NCBI RefSeq assembly: GCF_009914755.1 | Contig: NC_060941.1 | Length of the DNA stretch: 64,000 nt | Direction: 5' to 3' (one strand) | DNA from: the human T2T-CHM13v2.0 reference genome, Homo sapiens | Shown here: one piece after another, positions 41,069-54,983 of the stretch | Layout of the letters: every line of letters starts with the position of its first letter | How positions within the stretch are numbered: the stretch's first letter is position 1 | Program-made: the position numbers and the translations under genes | The notes under the pieces: model-generated | Database searches by the model: none | The model's input: the letters and a program-made list of their open reading frames with translations, nothing else | What the model was told of the DNA's origin: nothing

Positions 41069-43953
41069 GAATTCGTTGGAAACGGGATAATTTCAGCTGA
41101 CTAAACAGAAGCAGTCTCAGAATCTTCTTTGTGATGTTTGCATTCAAATCCCAGAGTTGAACTTTCCTTTCAAAGTTCACGTTTGAAACACTCTTTTTGC
41201 AGGATCTACAAGTGGATATTTGGACCACTCTGTGTCCTTCGTTCGAAACGGGTATATCTTCACATGACATCTAGACAGAAGCATTCTCAGAAGCTTCTCT
41301 GTGATGACTGCATTCAACTCACGGAGTTGAACACTCCTTTTGAGAGCGCAGTTTTGAAACTCTCTTTCTGTGGCATCCGCAAGGGGACATGTAGACCTCT
41401 TTGAAGATTTCGTTGGAAACGGAATCATCTTCACATAAAAACTATACAGATGCATTCTCAGGAACTTTTTGGTGATGTTTGTATTCAACTCCCAGAGTTG
41501 AACTTTCCTTTGGAAAGAGCAGCTATGAAACACTCTTTTTCTAGAATCTGCAAGTGGACGTTTGGAGGGCTTTGTGGTTTGTGGTGGAAAAGGAAATATC
41601 TTCACCTAAATACTAGAGAGAAGCATTCTCAGAAACTGCTTTGTGATGATTGCATTCACCTCACAGAGTTGAACATTCCTATTGATAGAGCAGTTTGGAA
41701 ACACTCTTGTTGTGGAATGTGCAAGTGGAGATTTGGAGCGCTTTGAGGCCTATGGTAGTAAAGGGAATAGCTTCATAGAAAAACTAGACAGAAGCATTCT
41801 CAGAAAATACTTTGTGATGATTGAGTTTAACTCACAGAGCTGAACATTCCTTTGGATGGAGCAGGTTTGAGACACACTTTTTGTAGAATCCACAAGTGGA
41901 TATTTGGACCTCTCTGAGGATTTCGTTGGAAACGGGATAACTGCACCTAACTAAACGGAAGCATTCTCAGAAACTTCTTGGTGATGTTTGCATTCAAATC
42001 CCAGAGGTGAACCTTCCTTTGATAGTTCAGGTTTGAAACACTCTTTTTGTAGGATCTGCAAGTGGATATTTGGACCACTCTGTGGCCTTCGTTCGAAACG
42101 GGTACATCTTCGCATAAAATCTAGACAGAAGCCTTCTCAGAAACTTCTCTGTGATGATTGCATTCAACTCACAGAGTTGAACCCTCCTATGGATAGAGCA
42201 GTGTTGAAACTCTCTTTTTGTGGAATCTGCAAGTGGATATGTGGACCTCTCCGAAGATGTCTTTGGAAACGGGAATATCTTCACATAAAAACTAAACAGA
42301 AGCATTCTCAGAAACTTCTCTGTGATGTTTTTGTTCAACTCCCAGAGTTTCACATTGCATTTCATAGAGTAGTTCTGAAACATGCTTTTCGTAGTGTCTA
42401 CAAGTGGACATTTGGAGCGCTATCAGGCCTGTAGTGGAAAACGAATAATGGTCACATAAAAACTGGAGAGAAGCATTGTCAGAAACTTCTTTGTGATGAT
42501 TGCATTCAACTCACAGAGTTGAAGGTTCCTTTTCAAAGAGCAGTTTCCAATCACTTTTTTTGTGGAATCTGCAAGTGGATATTTGGACCTATTTTGAAGA
42601 TTTCGTTGGAAACGGGAGAATCTTCACAGAAAAGCTAAACAGAAGCATTCTCAGAAACTTCTTTGTGATGCTTGCATTCAACTCACAGAGTTGAACTTTC
42701 CTTTCGAGAGAGAAGCTTTGAAACACTCTTTTTCCAGAATGTGCAAGTGGACATTTGGAGGGCTTTGAGGCCTGTGGTGGAAAAGGAATTATCTTCCCGT
42801 AAAAGCTAGATAGAAGCATTCTCAGAAACTAATTTGTGATGATTACATTCAAGTCACAGAGTTGAACATTCCCTTTGACAGAGCAGTTTGGAAACTCTCT
42901 TTGTGTAGAATCTGCAAGTGGAGATATGGACCGCTTTGAGGCCTATGGTAGTAAAGGAAATAGCTTCATATAAAAGCTAGACAGTAGCATTCACAGAAAA
43001 CTCTTGGTGACGACTGAGTTTAACTCACAGAGCTGAACATTCCTTTGGATGGAGCAGTTTCGAAACACACTATTTGTAGAATGTGCAAGTGGATATTTGG
43101 GCCTCTCTGAGGATTTCGTTGGAAACGGGATAAAACGCACAGAACTAAAACAGAAGCATTCTCAGAGCCCTCTTCGTGATGTTTGCATTCAACTCACAGT
43201 GCTGAACCTTTCTTTGATAGAGCAGCTTTGAAACACTCTTTTTGTAGAAACTGCAAGTGGATATTTGGTCCTCTCTGAGGATTTCGTTGGAAACGGGATA
43301 AACCGCACAGAACTAAAACAGAAGCATTCTCAGAACCTTCTTCGTGATGTTTGCATTCAACTCACAGTGTTGAACCTTTCCTTGATAGTTCAGGTTTGAA
43401 ACGGTCTTTCTGTAGAAAATGCAAGTAGATATTTGGACCTCTCTGAGGATTTCGTTGGAAACGGGATAAACCGCACAGAACTAAAACAGAAGCATTCTCA
43501 GAACCCTCTTCGTGATGTTTGCATTCAACTCACAGTGCTGAACCTTTCTTTGATAGTTCAGCTTTGAAACAATCTTCTTGTAGAAACTGCAAGTGTATAT
43601 TTGGTCCTCTCTGAGGATTTCATTGGAAACGGGATAAACCGCACAGAACTAAACAGAAGCATTCTCAGAACCTTCTTCGTGATGTCTGCATTCAACTCAC
43701 AGTGTGGAACCTTTCTTTGATAGTTCAGGTTTGAAACACTCTTTTTGTAGAAACTGCAAGGGGATAATTGCACTTCTTTGAGGCCTACCGTAATAAAGGA
43801 AATAACTTCCTATAGAAAGAAGACAGAAGCTTTCTCAGAAAATTCTTTGGGATGATTGAGTGGAACTCACAGAGCTGAACATTCCTTGCGATGTAGCAGT
43901 TTAGAAACACACTTTCTGCAGAATCTGCAAGTGCATATTTGGACCTCTCTGAG
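41069..43953 (+). repeat. HOR 15, 17-mer variant (2885 bp; Mz, Mx, My)
   Basis: EcoRI spacing 2885; M monomers at ~43157, 43325, 43493. Confidence 0.9.
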
Positions 43954-46900
43954 GAATTCGTTGGAAACGGGATAATTACAGCTGACTAAACAGAAGCAGT
44001 CTCAGAATCTTCTTTTTGATGTTTGCATTCAAATCCCAGAGTTGAACTTTCCTTTCAAAGTTCACGTTTGAAACACTCTTTTTGCAGGATCTACAAGTGG
44101 ATATTTGGACCACTCTGTGTCCTTCGTTCGAAACGGGTATATCTTCACATGACATCTAGACAGAAGCATTCTCAGAAGCTTCTCTGTGATGACTGCATTC
44201 AACTCACGGAGTTGAACACTCCTTTTGAGAGCGCAGTTTTGAAACTCTCTTTCTGTGACATCTGCAAGGGGACATGTAGACCTCTTTGAAGATTTCGTTG
44301 GAAACGGAATCATCTTCACATAAAAACTATACAGATGCATTCTCAGGAACTTTTTGGTGATGTTTGTATTCAACTCCCAGAGTTGAACTTTCCTTTGGAA
44401 AGAGCAGCTATGAAACACTCTTTTTCTAGAATCTGCAAGTGGACGTTTGGAGGGCTTTGTGGTTTGTGGTGGAAAAGGAAATATCTTCACCTAAATACTA
44501 GATAGAAGCATTCTCAGAAACTGCTTTGTGATGATTGCATTCACCTCACAGAGTTGAACATTCCTATTGATAGAGCAGTTTGGAAACACTCTTGTTGTGG
44601 AATGTGCAAGTGGAGATTTGGAGCGCTTTGAGGCCTATGGTAGTAAAGGGAATAGCTTCATAGAAAAACTAGACAGAAGCATTCTCAGAAAATACTTTGT
44701 GATGATTGAGTTGAACTCACAGAGCTGAACATTCCTTTGGATGGAGCAGGTTTGAGACACACTTTTTGTAGAATCTACAAGTGGATATTTGGACCTCTCT
44801 GAGGATTTCGTTGGAAACGGGATAACTGCACCTAACTAAACGGAAGGATTCTCAGAAACTTCTTGGTGATGTTTGCATTCAAATCCCAGAGTTGAACCTT
44901 CCTTTGATAGTTCAGGTTTGAAACACTCTTTTTGTAGGATCTGCAAGTGGATATTTGGACCACTCTGTGGCCTTCGTTCGAAACGGGTACATCTTCGCAT
45001 AAAATCTAGACAGAAGCCTTCTCAGAAACTTCTCTGTGATGATTGCATTCAACTCACAGAGTTGAACCCTCCTATGGATAGAGCAGTGTTGAAACTCTCT
45101 TTTTGTGGAATCTGCAAGTGGATATGTGGACCTCTCCGAAGATGTCTTTGGAAACGGGAATATCTTCACATAAAAACTAAACAGAAGCATTCTCAGAAAC
45201 TTCTCTGTGATGTTTGTGTTCAACTCCCAGAATTTCACATTGCTTTTCATAGAGTAGTTCTGAAACATGCTTTTCGTAGTGTCTGCAAGTGGACATTTGG
45301 AGCGCTTTCAGGCCTGTGGTGGAAAACGAATTATGGTCACAGAAAAACTGGAGAGAAGCATTGTCAGAAACTTCTTTGTGATGATTGCATTCAACTCACA
45401 GAGTTGAAGGTTCCTTTTCAAACAGCAGTTTCCAATCACTCTTTCTGTGGAATCTGCAAGTGGATATTTGGACCGCTTTGAAGATTTCGTCGGAAACGGG
45501 AGAATCTTCACAGAAAAGCTAAACAGAAGCATTCTCAGAAACTTCTTTGTGATGCTTGCATTCAACTCACAGAGTTGAACTTTCCTTTCGAGAGAGAAGC
45601 TTTGAAACACTCTTTTTCCAGAATCTGCAAGTGGACATTTGGAGGGCTTTGAGGCCTGTGGTGGAAAAGGAATTATCTTCCCATAAAAGCTAGATAGAAG
45701 CATTCTCAGAAACTACTTTGTGATGATTGCATTCAAGTCACAGAGTTGAACATTCCCTTTGACAGAGCAGTTTGGAAACTCTCTTTGTGTAGAATCTGCA
45801 AGTGGAGATATGGACCGCTTTGAGGCCTATGGTAGTAAAGGAAATAGCTTCATATAAAAGCTAGACAGTAGCATTCACAGAAAACTCTTGGTGACGACTG
45901 AGTTTAACTCACAGAGCTGAACATTCCTTTGGATGGAGCAGTTTCGAAACACACTATTTGTAGAATGTGCAAGTGGATATTTGGGCCTCTCTGAGGATTT
46001 CGTTGGAAACGGGATAAACCGCACAGAACTAAACAGAAGCATTCTCTGAACTTTCTTCGTGATGTTTGCATTCAACTCACAGTGTTGAACCTTCCTTTGA
46101 TAGTTCAGGTTTGAAACGGTCTTTCTGTAGAAACTGCAAGTAGATATTTGGACCTCTCTGAGGATTTCGTTGGAAACGGGATAAACCGCACAGAACTAAA
46201 ACAGAAGCATTCTCAGAACCCTCTTCGTGATGTTTGCATTCAACTCACAGTGCTGAACCTTTCTTTGATAGTTCAGCTTTGAAACACTCTTCTTGTAGAA
46301 ACTGCAAGTGGATATTTGGTCCTCTCTGAGGATTTCGTTGGAAACGGGATAAACCGCACAGAACTAAACAGAAGCATTCACAGAACCTTCTTCGTGATGT
46401 CTGCATTCAACTCACAGTGTGGAACCTTTCTTTGATAGTTCAGCTTTGAAACACTCTTTTTGTAGAAACTGCAAGGGGATAATTGCACTTCTTTGAGGCC
46501 TACCGTAGTAAAGGAAATAACTTCCTATAGAAAGAAGACAGAAGCTTTCTCAGAAAATTCTTTGGGATGATTGAGTGGAACTCACAGAGCTGAACATTCC
46601 TTGCGATGTAGCAGTTTAGAAACACACTTTCTGCAGAATCTGCAAGTGCATATTTGGACCTCTCTGAGGAATTCGTTGGAAACGGGATAATTTCAGCTGA
46701 CTAAACAGAAGCAGTCTCAGAATCTTCTTTGTGATGTTTGCATTCAAATCCCAGAGTTGAACTTTCCTTTCAAAGTTCACGTTTGAAACACTCTTTTTGC
46801 AGGATCTACAAGTGGATATTTGGACCACTCTGTGTCCTTCGTTCGAAACGGGTATATCTTCACATGACATCTAGACAGAAGCATTCTCAGAAGCTTCTCT

Positions 46901-49383
46901 GTGATGACTGCATTCAACTCAGGGAGTTGAACACTCCATTTGAGAGCGCAGTTTTGAAACTCTCTTTCTGTGGCATCCGCAAGGGGACATGTAGACCTCT
47001 TTGAAGATTTCGTTGGAAACGGAATCATCTTCACATAAAAACTATACAGATGCATTCTCAGGAACTTTTTGGTGATGTTTGTATTCAACTCCCAGAGTTG
47101 AACTTTCCTTTGGAAAGATCAGCTATGAAACACTCTTTTTCTAGAATCTGCAAGTGGACGTTTGGAGGGCTTTGTGGTTTGTGGTGGAAAAGGAAATATC
47201 TTCACCTAAATACTAGATAGAAGCATTCACAGAAACTGCTTTGTGATGATTGCATTCACCTCACAGAGTTGAACATTCCTATTGATAGAGCAGTTTGGAA
47301 ACACTCTTGTTGTGGAATGTGCAAGTGGAGATTTGGAGCGCTTTGAGGCCTATGGTAGTAAAGGGAATAGCTTCATAGAAAAACTAGACAGAAGCATTCT
47401 CAGAAAATACTTTGTGATGATTGAGTTTAACTCACAGAGCTGAACATTCCTTTGGATGGAGCAGGTTTGAGACACACTTTTTGTAGAATCTACAAGTGGA
47501 TATTTGGACCTCTCTGAGGATTTCGTTGGAAACGGGATAACTGCACCTAACTAAACGGAAGCATTCTCAGAAACTTCTTGGTGATGTTTGCATTCAAATC
47601 CCAGAGTTGAACCTTCCTTTGATAGTTCAGGTTTGAAACACTCTTTTTGTAGGATCTGCAAGTGGCTATTTGGACCACTCTGTGGCCTTCGTTCGAAACG
47701 GGTACATCTTCGCATAAAATCTAGACAGAAGCCTTCTCAGAAACTTCTCTGTGATGATTGCATTCAACTCACAGAGTTGAACCCTCCTATGGATAGAGCA
47801 GTGTTGAAACTCTCTTTTTGTGGAATCTGCAAGTGGATATGTGGACCTCTCCGAAGATGTCTTTGGAAACGGGAATATCTTCACATAAAAACTAAACAGA
47901 AGCATTCTCAGAAACTTCTCTGTGATGTTTGTGTTCAACTCCCAGAATTTCACATTGCTTTTCATAGAGTAGTTCTGAAACATGCTTTTCGTAGTGTCTG
48001 CAAGTGGACATTTGGAGCGCTTTCAGGCCTGTGGTGGAAAACGAATTATGGTCACAGAAAAACTGGAGAGAAGCATTGTCAGAAACTTCTTTGTGATGAT
48101 TGCATTCAACTCACAGAGTTGAAGGTTCCTTTTCAAACAGCAGTTTCCAATCACTCTTTCTGTGGAATCTGCAAGTGGATATTTGGACCGCTTTGAAGAT
48201 TTCGTCGGAAACGGGAGAATCTTCACAGAAAAGCTAAACAGAAGCATTCTCAGAAACTTCTTTGTGATGCTTGCATTCAACTCACAGAGTTGAACTTTCC
48301 TTTCGAGAGAGAAGCTTTGAAACACTCTTTTTCCAGAATCTGCAAGTGGACATTTGGAGGGCTTTGAGGCCTGTGGTGGAAAAGGAATTATCTTCCCATA
48401 AAAGCTAGATAGAAGCATTCTCAGAAACTACTTTGTGATGATTGCATTCAAGTCACAGAGTTGAACATTCCCTTTGACAGAGCAGTTTGGAAACTCTCTT
48501 TGTGTAGAATCTGCAAGTGGAGATATGGACCGCTTTGAGGCCTATGGTAGTAAAGGAAATAGCTTCATATAAAAGCTAGACAGTAGCATTCACAGAAAAC
48601 TCTTGGTGACGACTGAGTTTAACTCACAGAGCTGAACATTCCTTTGGATGGAGCAGTTTCGAAACACACTATTTGTAGAATGTGCAAGTGGATATTTGGG
48701 CCTCTCTGAGGATTTCGTTGGAAACGGGATAAACCGCACAGAACTAAACAGAAGCATTCTCTGAACTTTCTTCGTGATGTTTGCATTCAACTCACAGTGT
48801 TGAACCTTCTTTTGACAGTTCAGGTTTGAAACGGTCTTTCTGTAGAAACTGCAAGTAGATATTTGGACCTCTCTGAGGATTTCGTTGGAAACGGGATAAA
48901 CCGCACAGAACTAAAACAGAAGCATTCTCAGAACCCTCTTCGTGATGTTTGCATTCAACTCACAGTGCTGAACCTTTCTTTGATAGTTCAGCTTTGAAAC
49001 ACTCTTCTTGTAGAAACTGCAAGTGGATATTTGGTCCTCTCTGAGGATTTCGTTGGAAACGGGATAAACCGCACAGAACTAAACAGAAGCATTCACAGAA
49101 CCTTCTTCGTGATGTCTGCATTCAACTCACAGTGTGGAACCTTTCTTTGATAGTTCAGCTTTGAAACACTCTTTTTGTAGAAACTGCAAGGGGATAATTG
49201 CACTTCTTTGAGGCCTACCGTAGTAAAGGAAATAACTTCCTATAGAAAGAAGACAGAAGCTTTCTCAGAAAATTCTTTGGGATGATTGAGTGGAACTCAC
49301 AGAGCTGAACATTCCTTGCGATGTAGCAGTTTAGAAACACACTTTCTGCAGAATCTGCAAGTGCATATTTGGACCTCTCTGAG
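43954..49383 (+). repeat. HORs 16-17, two 16-mers (2715 bp each; Mx, My)
   Basis: EcoRI at 43954, 46669, 49384. Confidence 0.9.
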
Positions 49384-52268
49384 GAATTCGTTGGAAACGG
49401 GATAATTTCAGCTGACTAAACAGAAGCAGTCTCAGAATCTTCTTTGTGATGTTTGCATTCAAATCCCAGAGTTGAACTTTCCTTTCAAAGTTCACGTTTG
49501 AAACACTCTTTTTGCAGGATCTACAAGTGGATATTTGGACCACTCTGTGTCCTTCGTTCGAAACGGGTATATCTTCACATGACATCTAGACAGAAGCATT
49601 CTCAGAAGCTTCTCTGTGATGACTGCATTCAACTCACGGAGTTGAACACTCCTTTTGAGAGCGCAGTTTTGAAACTCTCTTTCTGTGGCATCCGCAAGGG
49701 GACATGTAGACCTCTTTGAAGATTTCGTTGGAAACGGAATCATCTTCACATAAAAACTATACAGATGCATTCTCAGGAACTTTTTGGTGATGTTTGTATT
49801 CAACTCCCAGAGTTGAACTTTCCTTTGGAAAGAGCAGCTATGAAACACTCTTTTTCTAGAATCTGCAAGTGGACGTTTGGAGGGCTTTGTGGTTTGTGGT
49901 GGAAAAGGAAATATCTTCACCTAAATACTAGAGAGAAGCATTCTCAGAAACTGCTTTGTGATGATTGCATTCACCTCACAGAGTTGAACATTCCTATTGA
50001 TAGAGCAGTTTGGAAACACTCTTGTTGTGGAATGTGCAAGTGGAGATTTGGAGCGCTTTGAGGCCTATGGTAGTAAAGGGAATAGCTTCATAGAAAAACT
50101 AGACAGAAGCATTCTCAGAAAATACTTTGTGATGATTGAGTTTAACTCACAGAGCTGAACATTCCTTTGGATGGAGCAGGTTTGAGACACACTTTTTGTA
50201 GAATCCACAAGTGGATATTTGGACCTCTCTGAGGATTTCGTTGGAAACGGGATAACTGCACCTAACTAAACGGAAGCATTCTCAGAAACTTCTTGGTGAT
50301 GTTTGCATTCAAATCCCAGAGGTGAACCTTCCTTTGATAGTTCAGGTTTGAAACACTCTTTTTGTAGGATCTGCAAGTGGATATTTGGACCACTCTGTGG
50401 CCTTCGTTCGAAACGGGTACATCTTCGCATAAAATCTAGACAGAAGCCTTCTCAGAAACTTCTCTGTGATGATTGCATTCAACTCACAGAGTTGAACCCT
50501 CCTATGGATAGAGCAGTGTTGAAACTCTCTTTTTGTGGAATCTGCAAGTGGATATGTGGACCTCTCCGAAGATGTCTTTGGAAACGGGAATATCTTCACA
50601 TAAAAACTAAACAGAAGCATTCTCAGAAACTTCTCTGTGATGTTTTTGTTCAACTCCCAGAGTTTCACATTGCATTTCATAGAGTAGTTCTGAAACATGC
50701 TTTTCGTAGTGTCTACAAGTGGACATTTGGAGCGCTATCAGGCCTGTAGTGGAAAACGAATAATGGTCACATAAAAACTGGAGAGAAGCATTGTCAGAAA
50801 CTTCTTTGTGATGATTGCATTCAACTCACAGAGTTGAAGGTTCCTTTTCAAAGAGCAGTTTCCAATCACTTTTTTTGTGGAATCTGCAAGTGGATATTTG
50901 GACCTATTTTGAAGATTTCGTTGGAAACGGGAGAATCTTCACAGAAAAGCTAAACAGAAGCATTCTCAGAAACTTCTTTGTGATGCTTGCATTCAACTCA
51001 CAGAGTTGAACTTTCCTTTCGAGAGAGAAGCTTTGAAACACTCTTTTTCCAGAATGTGCAAGTGGACATTTGGAGGGCTTTGAGGCCTGTGGTGGAAAAG
51101 GAATTATCTTCCCGTAAAAGCTAGATAGAAGCATTCTCAGAAACTAATTTGTGATGATTACATTCAAGTCACAGAGTTGAACATTCCCTTTGACAGAGCA
51201 GTTTGGAAACTCTCTTTGTGTAGAATCTGCAAGTGGAGATATGGACCGCTTTGAGGCCTATGGTAGTAAAGGAAATAGCTTCATATAAAAGCTAGACAGT
51301 AGCATTCACAGAAAACTCTTGGTGACGACTGAGTTTAACTCACAGAGCTGAACATTCCTTTGGATGGAGCAGTTTCGAAACACACTATTTGTAGAATGTG
51401 CAAGTGGATATTTGGGCCTCTCTGAGGATTTCGTTGGAAACGGGATAAAACGCACAGAACTAAAACAGAAGCATTCTCAGAGCCCTCTTCGTGATGTTTG
51501 CATTCAACTCACAGTGCTGAACCTTTCTTTGATAGAGCAGCTTTGAAACACTCTTTTTGTAGAAACTGCAAGTGGATATTTGGTCCTCTCTGAGGATTTC
51601 GTTGGAAACGGGATAAACCGCACAGAACTAAAACAGAAGCATTCTCAGAACCTTCTTCGTGATGTTTGCATTCAACTCACAGTGTTGAACCTTTCCTTGA
51701 TAGTTCAGGTTTGAAACGGTCTTTCTGTAGAAAATGCAAGTAGATATTTGGACCTCTCTGAGGATTTCGTTGGAAACGGGATAAACCGCACAGAACTAAA
51801 ACAGAAGCATTCTCAGAACCCTCTTCGTGATGTTTGCATTCAACTCACAGTGCTGAACCTTTCTTTGATAGTTCAGCTTTGAAACAATCTTCTTGTAGAA
51901 ACTGCAAGTGTATATTTGGTCCTCTCTGAGGATTTCATTGGAAACGGGATAAACCGCACAGAACTAAACAGAAGCATTCTCAGAACCTTCTTCGTGATGT
52001 CTGCATTCAACTCACAGTGTGGAACCTTTCTTTGATAGTTCAGGTTTGAAACACTCTTTTTGTAGAAACTGCAAGGGGATAATTGCACTTCTTTGAGGCC
52101 TACCGTAATAAAGGAAATAACTTCCTATAGAAAGAAGACAGAAGCTTTCTCAGAAAATTCTTTGGGATGATTGAGTGGAACTCACAGAGCTGAACATTCC
52201 TTGCGATGTAGCAGTTTAGAAACACACTTTCTGCAGAATCTGCAAGTGCATATTTGGACCTCTCTGAG
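49384..52268 (+). repeat. HOR 18, 17-mer variant (2885 bp; Mz, Mx, My), copy of HOR 15
   Basis: EcoRI spacing 2885; private variants match HOR 15 at offset +8315. Confidence 0.9.
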
Positions 52269-54983
52269 GAATTCGTTGGAAACGGGATAATTACAGCTGA
52301 CTAAACAGAAGCAGTCTCAGAATCTTCTTTTTGATGTTTGCATTCAAATCCCAGAGTTGAACTTTCCTTTCAAAGTTCACGTTTGAAACACTCTTTTTGC
52401 AGGATCTACAAGTGGATATTTGGACCACTCTGTGTCCTTCGTTCGAAACGGGTATATCTTCACATGACATCTAGACAGAAGCATTCTCAGAAGCTTCTCT
52501 GTGATGACTGCATTCAACTCACGGAGTTGAACACTCCTTTTGAGAGCGCAGTTTTGAAACTCTCTTTCTGTGACATCTGCAAGGGGACATGTAGACCTCT
52601 TTGAAGATTTCGTTGGAAACGGAATCATCTTCACATAAAAACTATACAGATGCATTCTCAGGAACTTTTTGGTGATGTTTGTATTCAACTCCCAGAGTTG
52701 AACTTTCCTTTGGAAAGAGCAGCTATGAAACACTCTTTTTCTAGAATCTGCAAGTGGACGTTTGGAGGGCTTTGTGGTTTGTGGTGGAAAAGGAAATATC
52801 TTCACCTAAATACTAGATAGAAGCATTCTCAGAAACTGCTTTGTGATGATTGCATTCACCTCACAGAGTTGAACATTCCTATTGATAGAGCAGTTTGGAA
52901 ACACTCTTGTTGTGGAATGTGCAAGTGGAGATTTGGAGCGCTTTGAGGCCTATGGTAGTAAAGGGAATAGCTTCATAGAAAAACTAGACAGAAGCATTCT
53001 CAGAAAATACTTTGTGATGATTGAGTTGAACTCACAGAGCTGAACATTCCTTTGGATGGAGCAGGTTTGAGACACACTTTTTGTAGAATCTACAAGTGGA
53101 TATTTGGACCTCTCTGAGGATTTCGTTGGAAACGGGATAACTGCACCTAACTAAACGGAAGGATTCTCAGAAACTTCTTGGTGATGTTTGCATTCAAATC
53201 CCAGAGTTGAACCTTCCTTTGATAGTTCAGGTTTGAAACACTCTTTTTGTAGGATCTGCAAGTGGATATTTGGACCACTCTGTGGCCTTCGTTCGAAACG
53301 GGTACATCTTCGCATAAAATCTAGACAGAAGCCTTCTCAGAAACTTCTCTGTGATGATTGCATTCAACTCACAGAGTTGAACCCTCCTATGGATAGAGCA
53401 GTGTTGAAACTCTCTTTTTGTGGAATCTGCAAGTGGATATGTGGACCTCTCCGAAGATGTCTTTGGAAACGGGAATATCTTCACATAAAAACTAAACAGA
53501 AGCATTCTCAGAAACTTCTCTGTGATGTTTGTGTTCAACTCCCAGAATTTCACATTGCTTTTCATGGAGTAGTTCTGAAACATGCTTTTCGTAGTGTCTG
53601 CAAGTGGACATTTGGAGCGCTTTCAGGCCTGTGGTGGAAAACGAATTATGGTCACATAAAAACTGGAGAGAAGCATTGTCAGAAACTACTTTGTGATGAT
53701 TGCATTCAACTCACAGAGTTGAAGGTTCCTTTTCAAACAGCAGTTTCCAATCACTCTTTCTGTGGAATCTACAAGTGGATATTTGGACCGCTTTGAAGAT
53801 TTCGTTGGAAACGGGAGAATCTTCACAGAAAAGCTAAACAGAAGCATTCTCAGAAACTTCTTTGTGATGCTTGCATTCAACTCACAGAGTTGAACTTTCC
53901 TTTCGAGAGAGAAGCTTTGAAACACTCTTTTTCCAGAATCTGCAAGTGGACATTTGGAGGGCTTTGAGGCCTGTGGTGGAAAAGGAATTATCTTCCCGTA
54001 AAAGCTAGATAGAAGCATTCTCAGAAACTACTTTGTGATGATTGCATTCAAGTCACAGAGTTGAACATTCCCTTTGACAGAGCAGTTTGGAAACTCTCTT
54101 TGTGTAGAATCTGCAAGTGGAGATATGGACCGCTTTGAGGCCTATGGTAGTAAAGGAAATAGCTTCATATAAAAGCTAGACAGTAGCATTCACAGAAAAC
54201 CCTTGGTGACGACTGAGTTTAACTCACAGAGCTGAACATTCCTTTGGATGGAGCAGTTTCGAAACACACTATTTGTAGAATGTGCAAGTGGATATTTGGG
54301 CCTCTCTGAGGATTTCGTTGGAAACGGGATAAACCGCACAGAACTAAACAGAAGCATTCTCAGAACCTTCTTCGTGATGTTTGCATTCAACTCACAGTGT
54401 TGAACCTTCCTTTGATAGTTCAGGTTTGAAACGGTCTTTCTGTAGAAACTGCAAGTAGATATTTGGACCTCTCTGAGGATTTCGTTGGAAACGGGATAAA
54501 CCGCACAGAACTAAAACAGAAGCATTCTCAGAACCCTCTTCGTGATGTTTGCATTCAACTCACAGTGCTGAACCTTTCTTTGATAGTTCAGCTTTGAAAC
54601 ACTCTTCTTGTAGAAACTGCAAGTGAATATTTTGTCCTCTCTGAGGATTTCGTTGGAAACGGGATAAACCGCACAGAACTAAACGGAAGCATTCTCAGAA
54701 CCTTCTTCGTGATGTCTGCATTCAACTCACAGTGTGGAACCTTTCTTTGATAGTTCAGCTTTGAAACACTCTTTTTGTAGAAACTGCAAGGGGATAATTG
54801 CACTTCTTTGAGGCCTACCGTAGTAAAGGAAATAACTTCCTATAGAAAGAAGACAGAAGCTTTCTCAGAAAATTCTTTGGGATGATTGAGTGGAACTCAC
54901 AGATCTGAACATTCCTTGCGATGTAGCAGTTTAGAAACACACTTTCTGCAGAATCTGCAAGTGCATATGTGGACTTGTCTGAG
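52269..54983 (+). repeat. HOR 19, 16-mer (2715 bp; Mx, My)
   Basis: EcoRI spacing 2715. Confidence 0.9.

Larger units (their letters stand above)
36600..53500 (+). repeat. Tandem duplication of a three-HOR (49-monomer) 8,315-bp block; boundaries approximate
   Basis: ORF-track landmarks repeat at exactly +8315 (38423/46738, 41138/49453, 44023/52338, 44873/53188), with many shared private SNPs. Confidence 0.88.
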
